In this document: in pieces, positions 1-20,057 of the stretch
Layout: the number at the start of each line of letters is the position of its first letter
Numbering within the stretch: the first letter of the stretch is position 1
Source of the DNA: Paragordius varius
Taxonomy: Eukaryota; Animalia; Nematomorpha
Direction of reading: 5' to 3'
Length of the DNA: 64,000 nt
NCBI GenBank assembly: GCA_964247055.1
Contig: OZ176055.1
Coordinates: 5,890,001 to 5,954,000 of the forward strand
The notes under the pieces: model-generated
The model's database searches: none
Seen by the model: only the letters and a program-made list of their open reading frames with translations
What the model was told of the DNA's origin: nothing
Program-made: the position numbers and the translations under genes

Positions 1-215
1 CTTTTAAAATTTAAATATTTGAGATAAAACGTATATTTAAAAAGTTAATCATATTTTTCTTCCTTTTTAATTTAATATATTGTTTTGAATTGCAAAATTA
101 GGAATATAGATGTAAATTGGTAATATAAAAAATAAGATTTAAAAATATGGTTGTTGTTCAAAAAAAATATTAATCTTTAAATTTATAATTTTAGTTTTTA
201 CTGTAATATATATAC

Positions 216-2636
216 CTTTAGGGGCGGCCTTCAAACACGGTAAAATAGCGGTAAGTAGGATTGGAAAAAAAGGAAATATATCTTGGGGTGGTAAAAGCAT
301 GACAAACGCTTTAATCCAATTTAGTGCTATTTCCTGGACACTTTCGTCTGGCATAAACATAAAAAAAATTAAATTGAAAAAAATTTAAAAGGGTTAATTT
401 TCGAACCTTTATTTTTTTGATATTGAAAATTGTTAGATTAATATATTGACATAAAATTAAGAGAAAACGTGAAAACTAAAATATAATTTTTAAAAATCAT
501 ACTTTTTAAACCTTATGTAATTAATCTAGTTAAATAATAGATGAGTTAAACCAATTTACACGTCTATTTAATTTTTACCCAAAATTATGGGTTAATTACA
601 AAATCAAAGTCTTTTTTACGTGTCTCTATTATTTCTATTTTAACTATAAATAAAAATATGAAAAATATGCTTTATACTATTGGATTTGCAATGAATAATG
701 AGTATATTTATAAGGGTTGTCCCATCAATATGTTCGCTAATATAATCATCCGTGGGTTCCTGAGAATTTACATCCTCAAAATTTTGAGTTGTTTTGTCCG
801 CAAAAATGTCAACAATTTCTTTGAGTATATTATCGAGCAAGTTTTGACATCTAATTTAATTTTACAGTATATATCATTTAAGAAAAGAATATAAAATTTA
901 ATTATCATAATCTCATAATTTCTTTTTTATCCTACTGATAATAAAGTACTAATTTAAAATGTAAAAACTATTCAATGTTTTAAATTTTTATACCAAAATA
1001 GAATAAATGAGATAAATATACGCTTTTTTAACGGGTGGATTTTCATCATCGAGAATCAAAAGAAGTCCATCCAAAAATTTGGGTAAATTATATAATATAA
1101 TTTTGTTTCGTTCTTTCCCAGTGATATCATTGATAAGTGCTAACTATCGTTTTAAATGGAAAAAGTTTATGTCACTAACTGTTTATGATTTAAATATAAA
1201 AATTATCAATATATTCGTATAAACAAACGTAAATATATAAATCATTATAAATATTTTGGATTAATACAATCTTAATTAATGAATATGATTGAAAAAAATA
1301 ATGATTGGGAAAAATCAATTTTTCTCTCAATAAATTTAGCTTCATAACTGTAAACTAGTTTTTGAATTACCCATGATACGACAAAATTTCGACCAAACGA
1401 ATTTTTAGTATAAATCATATCCTTTAACATATCTATGAGGGCTTCGAAAAGAATGTTATTTGATTCCTGTATTATTTCTGATTGCGCTTTGGGTTTTGGC
1501 AAAATGCCAGTCAAGATTCTGTAATTTTCAATCACGATATCTTTCACAAGGCGATCTAGAGGCTCAGATCCGTTTCGGACATTTTGATCAATGTCACATG
1601 AGATCTATATAAGCATAAAATGGGAAAATCTAATTAATATTTTTATATATTTAAAAAAAAACTAATCAAAAAAAAATGCTGGCAAGAATGGTGATAATTC
1701 AAAATGGTGACTCAATGGTGCTTACCAAAAATTTTAAAGGGCCAAAAAAAATTTTTTGTGTTAAAGGACATAATACCGATAAAATTTTTATAACTGTTTG
1801 ACACATTTGCACATATTGATACGCCAAATAAGTACATCAAAAAAAATAATAAATAATTCAGGGCCATAAAAAACACCTTTAGGTCCGTATGCGGCCCGTG
1901 GTCCGCGTTTTGATTATTACTGTGAACTATTTAAAAAGGAAATCATATAAATAATACAGATTTATGATATAAATTTATTATATGAATTAATAATGTTGAA
2001 AAAACCAAATTATATTGACTAATCATTAAATTACTTTTCCAAGCCCCGAGAAAACTTCTTTAAATGTTTCGATGTCGGCAATCAGAGCAGAACGACAAAC
2101 TTTGACAATGTTAAATAGGGCTTCACAAGCAAAATACCGTACACCATTATCCGAGTCATATAGGCATGTTATGACTGGTTCAATTAAATTTGCTACATAA
2201 TTGCTAATATGCTAAAAATTAGGTTAAAAGCAAGGATTAAAAAATTTTATCTCATAAAATGAGTAAAATTATTCAAAATTGGTAATGAACCTTTTCCAGG
2301 CCAATAGCTGTGGCTGCAAGCCCAATACAACCACCCTTTCTTGAATTGACGTAATGAGATAAAATACAATCATTTCTCAAAACTTGAATTAACTTTTGAA
2401 TCGCTTTGAAATCATCGGTAATCACAAGATTTTTGACTAATCTATAATAACATTAACAATATCAAATTTATTTGAGTAATTTTATTTAAAAAAGGGTATC
2501 AATACTTTTGTATATCTAATGCGGCTGATTTTCTTTTTTCGTAAACTTTATCGTTTAGATTTTTTAGACAACTATTTGAAATTGGACACGGGATTTCTTC
2601 GATTGGATTTTGAACCTTTTCAGCTGTTGAGCTCAT
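216..2636 (-). CDS. VAC14: VAC14 (PIKfyve/Fab1 complex scaffold, HEAT repeats); 5' part, 7 exons, 3' exons not found in window
   Basis: Exons (minus): 2636-2506, 2441-2291, 2211-2035, 1604-1371, 1143-1022, 850-678, 347-216. All introns are GT-AG (64, 79, 430, 227, 171, 330 nt) with compatible phases; 1120 nt in total. Translation includes MSSTAEK...KNLNDKVYEKRKSAALDIQK, SRKGGCIGLAATAIGL, LIEPVITCLYDSDNGVRYFACEALFNIVKV, DQNVRNGSEPLDRLVKDIV, LPKFLDGLLLIL, NILIIHC and LLTAILPCL, which match the VAC14 N-terminal motifs as I recall them from the human protein. Confidence 0.95.
1713..1922. mobile_element. Possible degenerate hAT-type MITE remnant in VAC14 intron 3
   Basis: GC-rich end 1882-1922, reverse complement CAGTAATAATCAAAACGCGGACCACGGGCCGCATACGGACC, resembles the CAG...GCGGCCCGCGGGCCGCA ends of hAT/Charlie-like elements (recalled). 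No convincing second TIR or 8-bp TSD. Confidence 0.3.
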
Positions 2637-3634
2637 GGGTTAATCTACAAAACGTTAAATAATATTTCATGCGTATTTATTAATTTATCAAAATTATCGG
2701 CATTCCATGCTTGAAGCCACTATTGGTACACATACGGGGTTTAATAATATAATGATCTAATACATATATATCTGTTAAAAAGATGCATCAATACTTTCAT
2801 GTTGCTATTCTTAAACGAGAAATTTAGAAAGTAATATGCAATTAATTCATATTGGAAAATTGCGTAATTGAGCGAATTTCTATGCTAAAATTTTGTGAGA
2901 AGTCTGAAAAAAATTAAAAAAATTTATCATGAATTATAACTCTAAATCATGTAAAAGTAAAGATATTTGTATGATAACTAAAGTAGTAGTGAGATGCATG
3001 GTTTTAACTTTAGCGACTTTGCTGCAGAAAGTTGGTTAAAACTTAATAATAAAAAGGGAATGCATTGAATGTGGTGTTGGGGAAGAATGTTGAATATAAG
3101 GCGGTCTGACAATAAAAATTAAACAGTACAGTAAGAATAAAATATTGAGAATAACTTAATGGATATAACATAAATTTTGGCTAATACATTTAAGGACGTT
3201 CGTATTTTAGAAGAAACTTTTGAATAAGTTAAAGATCTGAAAAAGAAGGGATAATGTTAAACTGGCGGAAATTGAAGATGCATCTTGGAGATGCATATGC
3301 GAATTAAAGGAAATAGCTTGAAAGAGATACATATAGAGGGAGCTAGTCATTTTAGTTTCCAAGGGGAAATCCACCTATGTAATAACCTACCTATATTAAA
3401 GATTAAATATTTATAATTAGTTTTTTATATCGCAATAATCTATCAGATATGTTCATAAAGATTAAAACACTGCATATTAACATAACTAAGATGATTTATC
3501 TTTAATTTTTTTGTAAGTTCGAACAATATAATTTAATATTTGGTGGAAAGGCGATGAGTGAACGGCTTTAACTTGAAATGGAAAAAACATTACACCGCAT
3601 CCAAAATCAGGGTTATAAAAAATAACCTGATGAG

Positions 3635-3644
<10 letters not shown>

Positions 3645-3698
<54 letters not shown>
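3645..3698. repeat. (AT)27 microsatellite
   Basis: Pure AT dinucleotide run of 54 bp read directly. Confidence 0.97.
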
Positions 3699-3704
<6 letters not shown>

Positions 3705-4681
3705 GTGTTAGGAAAATGTAAATGCTTGTTTTGGCCCTTGCGGTTTTAAAAAAATTATTTTTTCTTTGGGGTAACTGCTTCATATTACTAGGCAAAATCA
3801 TTTTTGTGAATAAGATTTGGTGAAGCTAAATGCTTCATTCCAAAAACACTAAAATATATCATAAACTAATAAAATGCAAAAATTTGTTTTCAAAAATCAA
3901 AATACTTAAACGTGGGCTCCGAAAGTCCCAAATTTTCCTGCTCTTTAAAATAGGATAGTTTGTCTTAAAATAGACTCAGAAATGCCTAGATTGCCCGATA
4001 AAATCCTTAAATATTTGCTATCTTTGATAATAAAAAAATAGTTTTAAAAAATCCATACATTTTTCAAAAATCGAAATTATAGTAAAAGTTTTGTTGAAGA
4101 GTACTTCATATCATTTTGAGGATGATGGAAACGGAAAACACTGTAAGATAGTATGAAAACTCTATATAATTTAATATAGCTTAACATTTCTATCAATTCA
4201 AAATTTTAATTTGGGTTTGGTTGAAAATTTGGGTGAATTTTTGTTAAAAAGCATAATATATATTTGACATAAATTTGAAGAAGGAGGTGATGAAAATGTT
4301 TAGTAGCATTGCATTATATAAAAGTCTTTTTGCAATGTTTTAAGCATTTTACCATTTCCATCATGTCTCAAAACTACGCTCCAACAAAATTTGCTGAAAA
4401 TTAAATTTTGAAAGCACGCATTATAAATATTTTTGATATCAAACTTTACTATATATTTAAAATTTTTATCGTGCTTTGGCATTGATTTTATTATATGAAC
4501 ACTGGTTTATTTTAGAAGATCAAAACAATTAGTTTCGGCGCCAACATCAAGAAAATAAATTTTTGTGATTTTTTGGAATATGGCATTTTGTTTTCACCAA
4601 AAAAATTATATTTATTAAAATCGAATTTTTCCATTTTTTGATATGCAGCTCTTACCACAAAAGTATTGATAATTTTCTTAA

Positions 4682-5767
4682 CATTTCGATGGGGTATCGT
4701 AATAGAATTAGAGAATATTTGAAATAATATTTTTGAAAAACTACTGAAAGAAACGTTCCCAATTTAAATTTATGTTTCTATCTTAATTAAAAATATATAA
4801 ATAGGCCGAATCCAAATAAAATTTAATTATGAAAAAAAAGTTCTACATAAAACTACTTCGACGCCATTTTTTCGAAAGATTTTTGCAGAATATCGTGTTA
4901 ATTTACCACTTCGATTCAAATGGGGGTATCTAAATACCCCAGACCAAATTAAAATTAATATTTTTAAAAAAACTACTGAAGGAAACGGTCCCAATTTAAA
5001 TTTATGCTTTTATCCTGATAAAAATTACATAAATATGTCAAAATATCTTCATAAAATTTTGTTTTGAAAAAAGTTTCATCTCAAACTACTTCGAGGCCAT
5101 TTTTATTTTACAAAATTTTTGAAAAATATCGTCTTCATTTAATTTTAACGGTAAAACTAAAGCTTATTTTTTATATAAATTACATCTAACATTGATAGAA
5201 ATAGAAAAAGCGGTTTATTTTGTATTATTTTTTAATTATACAATTTGACACATGTCACGTTGACGAAATTTTTACCTTTCGGTTTTAGCTTAAAATAAGT
5301 AATACCAAGTATTTTTAAAAAATTTTTAATATACTTCGGTTTATTAATGTTATATAAAGGCAAAATTTTGCCATGGTTTCAATTCCTTCCATACTTTTTA
5401 GTCTTTGATTTTAAGCAGGCCTGGGGTATCCAACCACCCCAATTTAAAGCGAAGGACTAAAATGAGTGTTTTGTACCTAAGTGTTAATTTTGAAGCTAAA
5501 ATTAAAACTAAAATTTTATTTAAATCACATCTAACATTGATATAAACAGAAAAACTGGTCTATTATTAATTCTTGCTAATGCACACATGTCGTTGACTAA
5601 ATTTATACCTTTGGGTGTTCCCTTAAAATAATTAATATCTGGTATTTTTCAATGATTTTTATTTCTGTTCATTAATGTTATAAAAGTGCAATCTTTTGCC
5701 ATTGTTTCCATTCCTTCCATATTTTTTGAAGTAATTATTTTAAACATGCCTGGGCTATCCAACTACC
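4682..5767 (+). mobile_element. piggyBac-like MITE copy split in two (4682-4897 and 5488-5767) by a nested copy
   Basis: Starts TTAA|CATTTCGATGGGGTATCG. The first part matches the 5' half of copy 4907-5483 and the second part matches its 3' half. The break is at an internal TTAA present on both sides (4898-4901 and 5484-5487). Confidence 0.7.
4907..5483 (+). mobile_element. piggyBac-like MITE (577 bp), nested
   Basis: Left end CACTTCGATTCAAATGGGGGTATCTAAATACCCC; right end CCCCAATTTAAAGCGAAGGACTAAAATGAGTGTTTTGTACCTAAGTG|TTAA. It is an inverted copy of 5772-6375. Confidence 0.8.
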
Positions 5768-5771
5768 TTAA

Positions 5772-6375
5772 CACTTGGATACAACACATTCATTTTAGTC
5801 CTTCGATTCCTATTGGGGTAGTTAAATACCCTAGGCCTGTTTAAAATTAAATTCTTTAAAAAATATGGAAGGAATCGAAACCATGGCAAAATTTTGCACT
5901 TATATAACATTACGGAAATATATAAAAAATATTATTCAAAAATACTTGATATTACTTATTTTAAGCTAAAACCGAAAGGTAAAAATTTAGTCAACGTGAC
6001 ATGTGTGCAATGGTAAAATTGAAAAATATATAAAATAAACCGCTTTTTCTATTTGTATCAATGTTAAATGTAATTTAAATTAAAAAACGCTTTAATTTTA
6101 CCCTTAAAATTAAATGAAGATGATATTATTCAAAATTTTGCAGAAAAAATGGCGACGAAGTAGTTTGACATGGAACTTTTTTTTCAAAACAAAATTTTAT
6201 TTAGATATTATTTATATAATTTTGATTAGGATAGAAGCATAAATTTAAATACCGTTTCCTTCAGTAGTTTTTTAAAAATCCTAACTCAAATTTAGTCTGG
6301 GGTATCTAGATACCCTAATTTGAATCGACATGTTAATAAATCGAAGGAGTGATATGAATGTGTTGCATCCAAGTG
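5772..6375 (-). mobile_element. piggyBac-like MITE (604 bp), complete, with TTAA on both flanks
   Basis: TTAA at 5768-5771 and 6376-6379. TIRs of ~35 bp: CACTTGGATACAACACATTCATTTTAGTCCTTCGA versus reverse-complemented right end CACTTGGATGCAACACATTCATATCACTCCTTCGA. No transposase ORF. Confidence 0.85.
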
Positions 6376-6576
6376 TTAAATCACTCGTAAGAATCAAAAG
6401 ACCATAATAATCCTGTTGCATTCTCCTATCAGAAGAAATATGTTTTATCAGGTTTTTTTGTGGACTATAGTTTATGAAAATTATTACGAATTTTCCTTCA
6501 ATTTTCCTAGGGAAGGCGTATGTTAACATTTTAACTCATAATTTTATTAGACCTCCAAATTTGTATGGTTAGTTAA

Positions 6577-7036
6577 CACTTGAATACAAATTATCTCAAT
6601 AATCCTTCCATACAAAATTTGCAGTTGGCTATACCAGGCCTGCTTATTTATAGAGGTATTCATTGATCCGATTCCAGTTTGTGCAAATTTAACATTTATG
6701 CACTGGAATTCGAAAATATACTTATATAAAATATTCATTTTTAATGGATAAACCTGAAGGCAAAAATGATTACATGCTATGTGATTCTATATATTAATGT
6801 TAAATGTGAGTGTAAATGTGTACCTTTAATTTTAGTGTTAGAAAAAACACCATATTTTGGTAATAAAATGGTGTTAAAGGGGTTTGATTAAATGTATGCA
6901 CAATTAATTTTTATTATATTTAGCTTATTTATATTATGATAGAAACATATTTATAAATGGGAGAGCATTTTATGGTAGTTAAAATATATTTTAAGTTGGC
7001 CCAGAGTATCCAGTTACGCCAATTTGTATCGAAGTG
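6577..7036 (-). mobile_element. Older piggyBac-like MITE copy (460 bp)
   Basis: TTAA at 6573-6576 and 7037-7040. TIR CACTTGAATACAAATT versus CACTTCGATACAAATT (2 mismatches in 16). Internal CCAGGCCTG motif shared with the other copies. Confidence 0.7.
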
Positions 7037-7119
7037 TTAAGATAATACCAATACAAATTATGTTATTTTAATTTACCCTAAATAAAAGTTAGAGGATAAT
7101 TATATGACAAACTGTGTCA

Positions 7120-7620
7120 TAAACCGGGGATAAAAAATCCTGGATGAAATATATATATATTCTGATAGATAAATGTATTAGGATTCTATGGTCCTTATGG
7201 TTTTGGGGATTACAATTTATTTAACTCGCCCGAAATCGCGGCTATAAAAAATATTATAATGAAATATATATATTTTGATGGGAAAATGTAGGAGGATTAT
7301 TATAGTGCGTTTCGCTTCGGCTCTTACGAGTTTAAGAAAGTTACTAACACTTTGTGGTAAGTGCTCTATATCAGAAATTAAATTGTATAAAAATATTTTT
7401 TGGCTTTTTTTAGAAAGTTTGATATATTTTAGTTTTTGTGGAATGAAGCATTAATAACACAATGTGCGATATTTTGCCTTCTAATATGTAGCAATTACCA
7501 CAAAAGTGTAAAAATAACCCTTAAAACGCCGGTAAGGGCCAAAACCTCCATGATATTCCTGTTGCATTATAATACATCACAATATATATATTTCATCGAG
7601 ATATTTTTATTGTGGACATT
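7120..7620. mobile_element. Second foldback-family copy (imperfect palindrome)
   Basis: Inverted arms ~7245-7375 and ~7485-7615 (e.g. CACTTTGTGGTAAGTGCTCTATAT versus ATATGTAGCAATTACCACAAAAGTG), with an extra direct arm copy ~7120-7210. 7410-7615 is an inverted homolog of 3605-3870 (shared AATGCTTCATTCCA...CTAAAATATATCA). Confidence 0.65.
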
Positions 7621-8521
7621 ATTAAATATATATTATAAAATATTTAAGCGAAATCATTCTATAAAATTCTATATTTTTGGGTTCCAAAAGTCTTTGGACC
7701 AAATGTTTGCCTAAAAAATATATTTATTTTCAAAACCCAAAATGTGCTATACGAAAAAAAAAACGGATTCGATAATGTACATTTGTCATAGTTATGATTT
7801 GCAGCAAAAAATTCCAAAAAAAACGCGAATTTATTAAATTACATAATTTTATAGTCTGCTATTAGGTATCTTGCAACATTCTGGAAACAGTATAAAAAAT
7901 ATTATAAATTTTGCATATAAAATTGTTAACTTTTAAAATCTATCTATAGTTTAAAATAAAAATATTAGCGCAGTTTGAAGCCATTTATGAATGCGCCGAA
8001 TACCACAGCCCACAATTTGTATAACCCCATCAGCTTAATCCTACCATGTGAAAATGGTTTTTATAAAAAGGCATTATATGCATTTTTGTTTTATAATCTT
8101 CTCATTTGACCCATTTTCCCCCCTTTTAGTAAAATAAAAATATTTCATAAAAACAAAATTTTTACCCAATATTTAATTATTAACATTATTTATTTTATGG
8201 ACAAATAACTAAAATCAAATGTTTAATTATATAGCGCATGGTGTATAAACCTTTTTTAATATTTTAACATATATCAACAACTACTTATGATTCGTTAAAC
8301 AATGTAATATTGGATTGCTGCAGTATACTTGCTAATTAACCAGGTGCATAGAGTTAGTTAAAAAATAAAAATCAATGTTTCAGTAAAAATTAATACATAC
8401 ATGAATTACTCTCTACTCACAATTAATTTTATTCAATACTAATTTCAAGATTAAAATATGCCTATAGTTTTACAATTTAAATGTTTTTATAAAAAAATCC
8501 ACACATATACATTCAAATTCA

Positions 8522-8531
8522 TTTATTTATT
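8522..8531 (-). promoter_or_regulatory. Candidate overlapping AATAAA polyadenylation signals of YME1L
   Basis: AATAAATAAA on the minus strand ~60 nt after the YME1L stop codon. Confidence 0.45.
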
Positions 8532-8590
8532 ACAAAAAAAGTGAATCTTGAGCCAATGCAAGTTAAATAATTTGTTTGCGGCCTTGTACA

Positions 8591-19197
<10,607 letters not shown>

Positions 19198-19416
19198 ATG
19201 TTAAATGCCTAAAAATGTACTAGTTATGGTTATTATAAACCAAATAAGAACGTTTAATTTCGGAAATTGTATAAAAATATATTCATTGTACAATGCACCC
19301 GAGATTTTTACCTGTTTTTTTTATATAGCTTCATACTCATTATTTAATGTTGGCTATTTAATCTTTTTTGCATGAATTAGATAAATGGAAGATATAATAC
19401 TAAATAAATAAATTAA

Positions 19417-19822
19417 TACTAAAATGCGATTGGGGTAACTGGCGACTCCAAATTTTAAACCTTAAAAATATATATGAGCGGGGTATTTAAATTTAGAAAT
19501 ATAAACAAAAAAAGAACATATAAAAATAAGATTGAGCTTAGACAAATATAATATATCAAACTGGTTTGACGTCAATTTTACATTCGGTAAAATTCTCAAT
19601 TTTTTAATAATCCACATTGATATCGGAAGGGAAAAGGTCAAATTTGCATATTTAAATTTAGCATATACACTCAATTTATGTCTAATTATATAAAATAAGT
19701 GATATCGAGAATTTGAGAGAATCTTTATTTTTATTTTGGTGTAATGTTATTATCTGTAAATTTTAAATTAATGACATCAACTACCCCAATATGAATCGAA
19801 CGACATGTAGATATGCATGGTG
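19417..19822. mobile_element. Highly diverged piggyBac-like MITE copy (~406 bp) upstream of YME1L
   Basis: TTAA|TACT..GCGATTGGGGTAACTGG at the left; CTACCCCAATATGAATCGAA...GGTG|TTAA at the right. These are the same terminal motifs as in the other copies. Confidence 0.55.
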
Positions 19823-20057
19823 TTAAAGTTAATATGTTCATTTCAAACCATTTACAGATATGAAAAATAGTATAACAGACATGCATAAAAAAGATCTATG
19901 AAAGCTTATTTCTTTTAGGGTCATTTACATGCCCTTGTCGATATTTATTTAGCTGCTAAGGATGAAGAGGATTACAAATAAGGCTAGTTTAATATGATAA
20001 CGAGTGATATAAGAAAAATTATTTTGTGCTATCGTCAATATCAAACAAAAAATATCA

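Larger units (their letters stand above)
3605..6470. mobile_element. Degenerate foldback (long inverted-arm) non-autonomous element, interrupted by the MITE cluster 4682-6375
   Basis: Left arm ~3605-3870. The right arm is split into ~4630-4681 (TTACCACAAAAGT...TTAA) and ~6380-6470 (CGTAAG..CAAAA..CCAT.ATA.TCCTGTTGCATT...TTGTGGAC); joined, these align with 7485-7620. There is a further inner inverted pair ~4080-4140 / ~4345-4400. Termini are not resolved. Confidence 0.6.

Noticed and set aside
2690-3420. Purine-rich stretch upstream of VAC14 as a hidden gene or retroelement relic
   Set aside because: All frames checked have frequent stops, I found no consistent splice model even allowing micro-introns, and no motif is recognisable.
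3613-7714. Small ORFs at 3613, 4300, 6281, 6547 and 7436
   Set aside because: All fall inside the microsatellite, MITE or foldback sequence; low-complexity translations with no transposase motifs.
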